Shown here piece by piece: positions 17,270-25,723 of a stretch of 64,000 nt of DNA. Under the pieces are notes generated by a model. The model was not told where the DNA came from and made no database searches. It was given only the letters and a program-made list of their open reading frames with translations. Source of the DNA: an uncultured Chloroflexia bacterium (GTDB lineage Bacteria > Chloroflexota > Limnocylindria > Limnocylindrales > CSP1-4); NCBI GenBank assembly GCA_963766735.1, contig CAVYBU010000017.1, positions 96,001 through 160,000 of the forward strand. Direction: 5' to 3'. The stretch's first letter is position 1. Each line of letters begins with the position of its first letter. The translations under genes were made by a program, and so were the position numbers.

Positions 17270-19138
17270 CTACGTCGCGCGTCGCGTCCGCCGCGTCGTG
17301 GCCGCCGGCTCGATCGATCGGCCCGGGCCCTGCTCCTCCGCGATCACCCCGATCGAAACCCTGAACCCGGCCCGCCGCTGCTGAGAAGGCAGCAGCGTGC
17401 ACTGGCCGACCGGAGCATCGCCTTCGAACCAGCGGATCCACTCCCGGTTGAAGGCGTCGAACTCGTCCGGGTTCTTCAGCGACCAGTTCGCCCAGACGAT
17501 CTTGTCCAGCGAGGTGCCCTCCGCCTCCAGCCTTGCCTTGAGATTGGTGAGGCACTGGATCGTCTGGGTCTTGAACGTCCCGCCGACGACCAGACCGGTC
17601 TCGGGATCCACCGGCCCGATCGACGAGACGTAGACCATGCCCCCGGCCTTCACCGCCCGCCCGAGGCCGACGGCGGCCTGGGAATCGTCGGGTTGCACGA
17701 CGGTCTCGCCAGTGATCGAGCGCCCCTTGCCCTGGCGGCTGAGGCCCACCTCCGCGGGGTCGACGGCAGGGATACCGAACTCCCCGGGCGGCAGCTCGAT
17801 CCCGTTGGCCTTGAACTTGCCCATGAAGGTCGGTCGGATGCCGGTTGGTGCCAGCACTCCCTGGATCTTCCCGTCGCTGACGCCGGTCTGCTCGAACGCG
17901 AAGACGTCCTGGGTGAGGATCTCGTCGTCCTCGATCCCGTAGATCTCTGTGATGTTGACGACCTTGCGGGAGCCGTCCTTGAGGCGGGCCGTGTGCACGA
18001 TCAGGTCGACGGCCGAAGCGATCTGCTCACGGATCGACCGCAACGGCAGCTCGTAGCCGGACATGAGGACCATCGTCTCCAGGCGGCGGAGCATGTCCGG
18101 CGGGCTGTTGGCATGCCCGGTGGACAGCGATCCCTCCTGGCCGACCATCATGGCCTGGATCATGTCCAGCGCCTCGCCGCCGCGGCACTCGCCGACGATG
18201 ATGCGGTCAGGGCGCATGTGCAGGGAGTTGCGCAACAGGTCCCGGGTGGTGATCTCGCCCTCTCCCTCGAGGTTCGGCGGCCTTGCCTCCAGCGTGACGA
18301 CATGCTCCTGGCGGAGCTGCAACTCGGCCGCGTCCTCGATCGTGATGATCCGCTCGTTCTCGGGGATGAACGACGACAGGACGTTGAGCGTCGTGGTCTT
18401 GCCCGAGCCGGTGCCGCCGGACACGAACACGTTGAGGCGTGCCTCGACGCACACGCGGAGGAACTCGAACATCTCGGCCGTCGCGGTGCCGAAACCGACA
18501 AGGTCCTCGACGGTGAACGGCCTGGCCGCGAACTTCCGGATGGTGATCACGGGTCCCACCAGGGACAGCGGCTCGATCACCGCGTTGACGCGCGAGCCAT
18601 CCGGGAGGCGCGCGTCAACCCTCGGGCTGGACTTGTCGATGCGCCGGCCGAGCGGGGCGATGATCCGGTCGATGATCCGGAGCACGTGATCGTCGTTCAG
18701 GAAGGTGGCATCGACCCGCTGGACCTTGCCGCCGCGCTCGATGTAGACGTGATCCGGGCCGTTGACCATGACCTCGGTGATGGTCGGATCCATCAGCAGC
18801 GGCTCGAGCGGCCCGAGGCCGCCGACCTCGGCGATCACCTCATCGATCAGCCGGAGACGTTCGTCTCTCGTGGAGGCGACCCCATTTGCCGCGAGGAACC
18901 GGTCGACGACCGCCCCGACCTCCTTGTGGCTGTCAGCGCCGGCGTCAACGGCGAGCAGGGTATCCGAGGCCTTGATGACCTCGTCCTGGAGGCGTCGCCG
19001 GATGTCGCGCAGCCACTCCTCCCGCGCCGCGACCTGTGTCGGCTGCGGGGCAGGCGCAGGCGCGGCGACCACGTCAACGCTGGTCTCCTGGAGATCCACC
19101 CGCTGCTGTGCGCGTTCGATCCGCCTGCTCAGGGACAT
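17270..19138 (-). CDS. cpaF: CpaF/TadA-family secretion ATPase fused to a C-terminal RidA/YjgF-fold domain
   Basis: GLGPLEPL, EVMVNG, VDARLPDGSRVN, GGTGSGKTT, IEDAAEL, RPDRIIVGECRG, STGHANS; then RAVKAGGMVYVS...QTIQCLTNLKARLEAEG...FDAFNREW. Confidence 0.88.
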   Translation of the reverse strand: MSLSRRIERAQQRVDLQETSVDVVAAPAPAPQPTQVAAREEWLRDIRRRLQDEVIKASDTLLAVDAGADSHKEVGAVVDRFLAANGVASTRDERLRLIDEVIAEVGGLGPLEPLLMDPTITEVMVNGPDHVYIERGGKVQRVDATFLNDDHVLRIIDRIIAPLGRRIDKSSPRVDARLPDGSRVNAVIEPLSLVGPVITIRKFAARPFTVEDLVGFGTATAEMFEFLRVCVEARLNVFVSGGTGSGKTTTLNVLSSFIPENERIITIEDAAELQLRQEHVVTLEARPPNLEGEGEITTRDLLRNSLHMRPDRIIVGECRGGEALDMIQAMMVGQEGSLSTGHANSPPDMLRRLETMVLMSGYELPLRSIREQIASAVDLIVHTARLKDGSRKVVNITEIYGIEDDEILTQDVFAFEQTGVSDGKIQGVLAPTGIRPTFMGKFKANGIELPPGEFGIPAVDPAEVGLSRQGKGRSITGETVVQPDDSQAAVGLGRAVKAGGMVYVSSIGPVDPETGLVVGGTFKTQTIQCLTNLKARLEAEGTSLDKIVWANWSLKNPDEFDAFNREWIRWFEGDAPVGQCTLLPSQQRRAGFRVSIGVIAEEQGPGRSIEPAATTRRTRRAT

Positions 19139-19300
19139 GGGTCTCGTTCCCCCGGGGTCGCGATTGGTGCCGAGGCCAGCAGTCTATGACCCGACCTCCC
19201 TTTGCGCGAGCCCCGGGCGCATCGTCGGGCGCCCCCGGCGGTGCGAAGCTGCACCGCCGACGCTCGTGACGGCCGGACCCTGAGCGGGGACCTGGCAGGC

Positions 19301-20122
19301 TCAGGGCGCCTCGAGCCCGTGTGCCTCGAGGAGCGCCTGGTCGGCCAGGATGACGTCGGTCCGCCCATCAGCCACGACCGCCCCGTCGTCGACGATGACG
19401 GTCCGGGGGAACACCTCCGCCACCAGGCGCATGTCGTGGGTCGAGACGAGCATCGTCTGGTCCAGGGAGCGCAGGAGGCCGATCAGCTCCCGCCGCCCCC
19501 GCGGGTCCAGACCGGCCGACGGCTCGTCGAAGACGAGGATGGAGGGGTCCATCGACAGCACGGTCGCCAGGGCCACGCGCTTGCGCTGTCCCAGGGACAT
19601 CCGGTGCGGTACGCGGTGTGCGAAGACGGCCATGCCGACGGCGGCCAGCGCGCGCTCGACTCGCCGGTGCACCTCGTCCGCGGGCAGGCCCATGTGCAGC
19701 GGCCCGAACGCGACGTCGTCGAAGACCGTGGGGCTGAAGAGCTGGTCGTCCGGGTCCTGGAACACGAGGCCCACCTCGGAGCGGACGCGCCGGATCGTGT
19801 CCTTGCCCACCGTCATGCCCGACACCCGGACCGAACCGTGCTCGGGCCGGAGCGTGCCGTTGAGCTGGAGCATCAGCGTGCTCTTGCCGGCGCCGTTGGG
19901 GCCCACCAGCGCGACCTTCTCGCCGGCCGCGATCCGGAGGTCCACGCCGCTCAGGGCCTCGAAGCCGTCTGGATAGCGGAAGTGGACGTGCTCGAGCTCC
20001 ACCGTGCCGCGGCCGTCGTTGCCCGCGAGCTCGGGTCCCGCGTCGGCCTCGTGGTCGTGGGCATGCAGATCCGTGCCGTCGTCGGCGTGGATGTGCTGGT
20101 GAATGTGAAGGTCGTTGTTCAC
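19301..20122 (-). CDS. cbiO: ECF transporter ATPase (CbiO/NikO) with His-rich N-terminus
   Basis: GPNGAGKST, FQDPDDQLFSPTV, MSLGQRKR, DEPSAGLDP, STHD. GTG start overlaps the cbiQ TGA. Confidence 0.9.
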   Translation of the reverse strand: MNNDLHIHQHIHADDGTDLHAHDHEADAGPELAGNDGRGTVELEHVHFRYPDGFEALSGVDLRIAAGEKVALVGPNGAGKSTLMLQLNGTLRPEHGSVRVSGMTVGKDTIRRVRSEVGLVFQDPDDQLFSPTVFDDVAFGPLHMGLPADEVHRRVERALAAVGMAVFAHRVPHRMSLGQRKRVALATVLSMDPSILVFDEPSAGLDPRGRRELIGLLRSLDQTMLVSTHDMRLVAEVFPRTVIVDDGAVVADGRTDVILADQALLEAHGLEAP

Positions 20123-20913
20123 AGGCGGGGGAGCCACAGGATGGCGATGACCTCGTAGGCGGCGAACAGGGCGAGGACGAGCGCAAGCCAGGCGATCTCG
20201 ACGCGGGCGAGTGCGCGGGTCCGCAGGTGGCGGAACTCGCCCTCGAACCCGCGCGCCTGCATCGCCGCATAGATGCGCTCGCTGCGCTCGTAGGCGCGGA
20301 GGAACAGCGATCCGACCATCCGGCCGGTGACGGTGGCCCGCCAGCGGATACTCCCGCCTCCGCGCCCCGGGCCCAGTGCGGAGCGGGAGTCCCGGGCGCG
20401 CAGCATCCGCGACCCCTCGTCCGTGAGGACCGCCATGTAGCGGTACATGAACGAGATGATCGAGACCAGGATCCGCGGCAGCCGGAGCTCGCGCAGCGCG
20501 TCGATCAGATCGTGGAACGGGGTGGTGAACGCAAGCAGCAGCGCCACCTGGACCGACAGCCAGCTGCCGGCCATGATCGTCAGGAACCGGCGCAGCCCCT
20601 CGGCGGAGATTGTGAGGTCGAGAGGCCCGATCGAGATGGTTGCGATGATCTGCTCCTGCACGGTGAAGATCAGCGGGAACGCGGCCAAGGCAAACGGCAA
20701 CGCCACGACCGCGCCTCGCGACAACCGGAATGGCCCGAGGCCGGCGGTCGCGGAGCAGGTGACCAGGATCAGCCAGATGATCAGCATCGCCAGTGCCGAG
20801 CCGACCGGCAGCAGCGAGATGACCAGGATCCCCGCGATGGTCGCGATGAACTTCAGCCGGGCGTCGGCCCGGTGGAACGGGCTGTTGCCCTCTACGTAGC
20901 GGTCGAGCTCCAG
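20119..20913 (-). CDS. cbiQ: ECF transporter T component (CbiQ/NikQ)
   Basis: DRYVEGNSPFHRADARLK, FMYRY, RARDSR, RAYERSERIYAAMQARGF. Conserved N-terminus extends to a CTG at 20913. Confidence 0.88.
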   Translation of the reverse strand: MELDRYVEGNSPFHRADARLKFIATIAGILVISLLPVGSALAMLIIWLILVTCSATAGLGPFRLSRGAVVALPFALAAFPLIFTVQEQIIATISIGPLDLTISAEGLRRFLTIMAGSWLSVQVALLLAFTTPFHDLIDALRELRLPRILVSIISFMYRYMAVLTDEGSRMLRARDSRSALGPGRGGGSIRWRATVTGRMVGSLFLRAYERSERIYAAMQARGFEGEFRHLRTRALARVEIAWLALVLALFAAYEVIAILWLPRL

Positions 20914-20925
20914 GGGTCGGCGCCC

Positions 20926-21315
20926 CTACGCCCGTCGGCGCGCGAGAAGGCGGCCCAGAAGGTACATCACGCCCACCACGATGGCCACGCCGATCAGGCC
21001 CGACACGATCGTGGACACGGCCGGGTCGTCGATGCCGGGGATCGCGTAGTCGGACAGGATCCCCGAGAAGAAGTTGCTGGCCCGGTCGATGAAGCCCTGG
21101 TCCTCGGCGACGCGCTCCAGCCCGTCGGGATCCGAGGAGGCGAGCGGCGCGAGCACCACGACCACCAGCGCGGCGATGGCGACGCCGGCCACCCACCACC
21201 AGCGGCCGAGGCGCGAGGTCTTCTCCGCCGGGCCGTCCTGGGGTTCGCTACCGGTTGTCGATCCGTTCTCGTTCGTCACGGGTGCGTCTTCCACGGATGT
21301 CACGTCGACGTTCAC
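20926..21315 (-). CDS. PDGLE-domain protein (NikN/CbiN-like)
   Basis: Two TM helices flanking ASSDPDGLERVAE...DYAIPG. GTG start overlaps the cbiM stop. Confidence 0.88.
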   Translation of the reverse strand: MNVDVTSVEDAPVTNENGSTTGSEPQDGPAEKTSRLGRWWWVAGVAIAALVVVVLAPLASSDPDGLERVAEDQGFIDRASNFFSGILSDYAIPGIDDPAVSTIVSGLIGVAIVVGVMYLLGRLLARRRA

Positions 21316-22067
21316 GCCGGCGCCGTCGTCGACGCTGGCGTTGCCGCAGAGGTCGCCGCCGCTGCGGCGGCGCGGTCCGGTCGCAGGTTGAGCAGGTCCG
21401 GGCGGGTCGTCGCGATGAAGGCGAGGGCAGCGCCCGTGATGAGCGCCTCGCCGATGCCGATGAAGGCGTGGACGCCGAGCATCGCCGGCAGCACGATCTC
21501 GGCCGGGCTGGTGCCGGAGACGATCAGCTGCAGGGACATTGCCAGCGCTGCAGCCATGACAGATAGCCACCCGGCGACGGCCGCGGCGGGGATCCGGCCC
21601 CGGTTCTCACCCCCGAGGACCTTCGCCAGCGCGAGGTACACCGCGAATCCACCCAGCGTGCCGATCACGCCCATGTTGAAGATGTTGGCGCCCATCACCA
21701 CCAGCCCTCCGTCGGAGAAGACCAGCGCCTGCACGGCCACCACGCAGGCCATCACCAGGGTCGCCGCCCACGGTCCCAGGAGCACGGCCGCCAGGACCCC
21801 GCCCAGGAGGTGCCCCGACGTCCCACCGGCAACCTGGAAGTTGAACATCTGCGCCGCGAAGATGAACGCGGCCATCACGCCCATCAGCGGGATCGATCTC
21901 TCATCGAGGGTCCGGTTGGTCCGGCGGACGGCGACCGCGATCACGATGGCGGTCACCACCCAGAAGGCGATCGAAACGGGCACGCTGAGGAACCGGTCCG
22001 CGGCGTGGAGCGCGGGCGTTGAACCGGTCACCGAAAGGGGCGCGGCGGCGATCGAGTAGAAGTCCAT
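21312..22067 (-). CDS. cbiM: ECF S component CbiM/NikM
   Basis: AAFIFAAQMFNF, GGTSGHLLGG, VQALVFSDGG, GANIFNM, HAFIGIGEALIT. Confidence 0.92.
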   Translation of the reverse strand: MDFYSIAAAPLSVTGSTPALHAADRFLSVPVSIAFWVVTAIVIAVAVRRTNRTLDERSIPLMGVMAAFIFAAQMFNFQVAGGTSGHLLGGVLAAVLLGPWAATLVMACVVAVQALVFSDGGLVVMGANIFNMGVIGTLGGFAVYLALAKVLGGENRGRIPAAAVAGWLSVMAAALAMSLQLIVSGTSPAEIVLPAMLGVHAFIGIGEALITGAALAFIATTRPDLLNLRPDRAAAAAATSAATPASTTAPA

Positions 22068-22138
22068 TGGCCAGGGGCTCCGGGTGTGCGCGGTCGGCGC
22101 TGGGGACGGGCCCAAATCCTATTCGCATGACGTTGCTC

Positions 22139-22154
22139 TTGCAAGTGGTTGCAA
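22139..22154. promoter_or_regulatory. Palindrome TTGCAA-GTGG-TTGCAA; candidate Fur-family (Zur/Nur-type) operator
   Basis: AT-rich inverted repeat between divergent cbiM and the Fur-family gene. Confidence 0.55.
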
Positions 22155-22185
22155 CAAAGCGTCGACCCACCTCATACTCGGCTCG

Positions 22186-22680
22186 ATGCGCGCCCCTGGT
22201 TCATACCCCGCCACGACCGACCGCGCGGAGCCGTCCCCCTGGGCCGGCCTCCGCGAGCGCCTGCACGCAGGGGGTCTGCGCTGGACGCCCCAGCGGCGCG
22301 TCCTCGTGGAGGTCCTGTCGCAGAGCAACGGCCACGTGACCGGCGCGGAGCTCGTGGAACGCTGCCGGGCTGTGGACCCGGCGACCACGCCGTCGACCGT
22401 GTACCGCACGCTCGACGTCCTCGAGAAGCTCGGCATCGTCCGGCACGCCCACGGCGCGGCCGGGCGCGAGGAGTTCCACGTTCTCCCGGACGCGGACCAC
22501 GGGCACCTGCACTGCCGCGGCTGCCGCCAGACGTGGGAGATCGGCGCGGACGAGGCGACGTCGCTGGTCGCGGCCCTCCAGGCGGACCGGGGCTTCCGGG
22601 TGGATCTCTCGCATCTCTCGGTGTCCGGCCTCTGCCGTGAGTGCTCGGCAGCCGACGAGACCGAGGCGCGCCTCCCCTGA
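22186..22680 (+). CDS. Fur family metalloregulator
   Basis: GLRWTPQR, STVYRTLDVL, DHGHLHCRGC, GLCREC. Confidence 0.92.
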   Translation: MRAPGSYPATTDRAEPSPWAGLRERLHAGGLRWTPQRRVLVEVLSQSNGHVTGAELVERCRAVDPATTPSTVYRTLDVLEKLGIVRHAHGAAGREEFHVLPDADHGHLHCRGCRQTWEIGADEATSLVAALQADRGFRVDLSHLSVSGLCRECSAADETEARLP

Positions 22681-22862
22681 CGCCCGGCCGGGCAGTCGCC
22701 AGGGCTTCGCGCGGTGGACTGCCGCCTCGATCCGCCCCACCGTCATGAGCTCGCCGGCGATGACCGGCTCCAGCTCGGTCGGGTCTCCGGCCGAGGCGTC
22801 CACCAGACGCCTCGAGACAGATCCGGCGAACCCGCCGACCCCGACGGGGACTGTCTCGATGC

Positions 22863-23642
22863 CTACTCCGGCGTCGGAACGCCGAGGATGTTGAATCCGC
22901 CGTCAACGTAGATGATCTCGCCGGTCACGGCAGAGGAGAGATCAGAGCCGAGATACAGCGCGGTCCTGCCCACGTCCTCGATGGTGATGTGGGCACGGAG
23001 CGGGGCGATCTCGTTGAACGGACCGTGGAGCTTGCGGAAGCCCGCTATGCCACCCGCCGACAGCGTGCGGATGGGGCCTGCGGAGATGGCATTGACACGG
23101 ATCCCCTCCGGACCCAGGTCCGCGGCGAGATACCGGACGGACGCCTCGAGCGCAGCCTTGGCGACGCCCATGACGTTGTAGTGGGTGACGACCTTCTCGG
23201 CACCGTAGTAGCTGAGCGTCATCACGGAGCTGCCGCGGTGCAGGTAGGGGCGTGCCTCCCGGGTGAGGGCGACCAGCGAGTAGGCAGACACGTCCAGCGC
23301 CAGCGCGAACCCATCCCGCGACGTCTCCACGAAGGAGCCGTCCAGGTCCTCTCGCTTGGCGTAGGCGACCGCGTGGACGAGGATGTCGATCTCGCCGTGG
23401 ATCGCGGCCCACTTCTCCATCACTGCACGGATCTGCTCGTCGGACTGCAGGTCCGCAGCCTCGACAAAGGTGCTGCCGATGGACTCCGCCAGCGGGCGGA
23501 CGCGGCGCTCGATCAGGCTCTCCACTGACGAGAAGCCGACGATGGCGCCCTCGTCGTGGAACGCCTTCGCGATCCCCCACGCGATGCTGTGGTCGTTTGC
23601 GACCCCGAACACGAGCGCCCTGCGCCCTTCGAGCAAACCCAT
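22863..23642 (-). CDS. fabI: Enoyl-ACP reductase
   Basis: GVANDHSIAWGIA, SAYSL, YNVMGVAKAALE, NAISAGPIRT, TGEIIYVDGG. Confidence 0.95.
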   Translation of the reverse strand: MGLLEGRRALVFGVANDHSIAWGIAKAFHDEGAIVGFSSVESLIERRVRPLAESIGSTFVEAADLQSDEQIRAVMEKWAAIHGEIDILVHAVAYAKREDLDGSFVETSRDGFALALDVSAYSLVALTREARPYLHRGSSVMTLSYYGAEKVVTHYNVMGVAKAALEASVRYLAADLGPEGIRVNAISAGPIRTLSAGGIAGFRKLHGPFNEIAPLRAHITIEDVGRTALYLGSDLSSAVTGEIIYVDGGFNILGVPTPE

Positions 23643-23672
23643 GCGTGGCTCCTCCCTTCCGATACCCTGCGC

Positions 23673-24560
23673 ATGATGCCCCACCTGCCCGCCCCGGACC
23701 CAGGCCTCCGTGCAGCGCTGCACGGGGTCCGGGCGTTGCTGCTGGACATGGACGGGGTCATCGTTCTCAAGGGCGAGGCCGTGGCCGGGTCGGTCGGTGC
23801 CCTGGCCGAGCTGGACCGGCGGGCGTTCCCGTACCTGATGCTGACCAACACCTCGCTCGTGTCGCGCGAGAAGCTGGCGCAGTGGGGGCGGAAACGCGGC
23901 TTCGCCACGTCGGCGGACCGGTTCCAGACCGCGCTGTCCGCTTCGGCGGAGATGGTGCGGCGGGAGTACGGGGACCGGCCCGTCTATGTGATCACGTCGG
24001 ACGATGCGCGGGTCGAGTTCGAGGGCATCAACGTGGTTGACGGTGCCGCTGCCGATGCGGCACCCGCCGAGGTGGCCGCGGTGGTGCTCGGGGACTCGCC
24101 GCACGAGATCACCAAGGCGAACCTGGACCGGGCGTTCCGGCTGGTCCGCGGCGGAGCGGCGCTGATCGGAATGCACCGCAACGCCTGGTGGCTCACGCGC
24201 AAGGGACCGACGCTCGATGCCGGGGCATTCCTGGTGGGCCTGGAATACGCGACTGAGCGGAAGGCGCGGATCGTCGGCAAGCCGTCGCCGGCCAGCTTCC
24301 GGCTGGCCTTCGAGCGTGTCGCCGCCGAAGCGCGGGATCGGGGTGAGCCCCGCCTCCTCCGCCGCCAGGTCGCGATGGTGGGGGACGACGTCAACAGCGA
24401 CGTGGGCGGGGCCCAGCGGGTCGGCCTGCGCGGGGTGTTCGTGCGGACCGGCAAGCACGGGGACGCCGAGCTGGCCGCCGCCGCTGCGCGTGCGCGGGGC
24501 GCGGTCGTGCCTGATGCAATCGCGTCGTCGATTGCCGAGGTCGTCGCGGCGCTCGACTGA
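23673..24560 (+). CDS. HAD-IIA family hydrolase (NagD/LHPP-like)
   Basis: LLDMDGVI, LTN, VGKPS, MVGDDVNSDVGGA, RTGK. Confidence 0.9.
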   Translation: MMPHLPAPDPGLRAALHGVRALLLDMDGVIVLKGEAVAGSVGALAELDRRAFPYLMLTNTSLVSREKLAQWGRKRGFATSADRFQTALSASAEMVRREYGDRPVYVITSDDARVEFEGINVVDGAAADAAPAEVAAVVLGDSPHEITKANLDRAFRLVRGGAALIGMHRNAWWLTRKGPTLDAGAFLVGLEYATERKARIVGKPSPASFRLAFERVAAEARDRGEPRLLRRQVAMVGDDVNSDVGGAQRVGLRGVFVRTGKHGDAELAAAAARARGAVVPDAIASSIAEVVAALD

Positions 24561-24638
24561 CCCACCGAGAACTCTGTGCCCCGTCGGCCGACCAGCGTCG
24601 CCGCGACACACCCATGTCCATCGCGGCGCCAGGGGCTG

Positions 24639-25283
24639 CTAGGCCTCGCGAACGTCCTCGACCTCGGTGACGGCCGGCGTCAGGGCGGCCACGAGCTCCT
24701 CCCGGGAGACGCCGCTGGCCTTGACCAGCACGCGGCGGTTGGACGGATCGGTGCCGGCGAAGGTGGCCATCGCGATGATGTTGCCGCCGCAATCTGCGAC
24801 CGCACGGGTCAGCTTCGCCATCTCGCCGGGCACGTTCTGGACGAACGCCGTCACGCGCACGCCGGGCTCCCGAGCGCCGAGCAGCTCCAGGAACAGCTTG
24901 AACAGGTCGGTCTCGGTGATGATCCCGACCAGCGATCCGCTCCGGACGACCGGGAGGCCGCCGATCTTGCTGTCCGCCATGATCCGGGCGGCATCCTCGA
25001 GCGGCGTGTCCTCCGTCACGGTGATGACCTTCTTGCTCATCACGTCGCGCAGGGTGATTCTGGACAACAGGTGGGTGAGCTCCCAGGCGCTCAGGCTGGT
25101 GGCCGACGACGGTGACGCGAGCAGGAGGTCCCGGTCCGAGACGATCCCCACGAGCCGGCCGCCCTTGTCCACCACGGGCAGGCGCCTGATCTGCTTCTGC
25201 CTCATCAGGCTGAGCGCCTCGAGGATGGGGAGATCGGGCGCGGCGACGATCGCCTGCCTCGTCATCCGTTCCTTGACGAGCAT
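24639..25283 (-). CDS. CBS-pair plus ACT domain protein (AcuB-like)
   Basis: IRRLPVV...GIVSDRDL, IGGLPVV...GIITETDL, C-terminal NVPGEMAKL; GGAGG RBS. Confidence 0.9.
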   Translation of the reverse strand: MLVKERMTRQAIVAAPDLPILEALSLMRQKQIRRLPVVDKGGRLVGIVSDRDLLLASPSSATSLSAWELTHLLSRITLRDVMSKKVITVTEDTPLEDAARIMADSKIGGLPVVRSGSLVGIITETDLFKLFLELLGAREPGVRVTAFVQNVPGEMAKLTRAVADCGGNIIAMATFAGTDPSNRRVLVKASGVSREELVAALTPAVTEVEDVREA

Positions 25284-25723
25284 CGGTTCCTCCTTGGTTC
25301 TGCGGCCTGGCCGGCTATGACAGACGCGGTACCGGGGCATCCAGCGGTGCGACGAGCCGCGCGGTGACGGGGCGATGCCCGACCGGGGTTGTGCGCGGCC
25401 GGGGGCTGGTCACACCTGCATCATACGAGTGGCTGGGACCGTTCAGGCAAGGAGCGGGCGGCATCGGGTGCGACGCGCGCGGCCGACGTCCTGGCCCTGC
25501 AGGATCAGGCCCCGGCGCTGACCTGACGACCCAGCTGCCCGACCCGCGGTTCTCCGCCCAGGATGGTCGATGTGCGCTCCGCCGGGCCTGAGCGCGGTCG
25601 TCGCCGCGCTAGACTGATCGCGAGGATGCTCCTCTCCCATGGGTGGGCTCCTCGTCCATTGGGACGTGCGCAAATCCGCTGCCCAGGTTCGGACGCGACA
25701 GACACTGCGAGGACGAGCTGACG

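Noticed and set aside
25341-25723. Moco/tungsten-cofactor riboswitch or DosR boxes upstream of aor
   Set aside because: No recognisable conserved riboswitch core; only half-matches to the DosR pattern.
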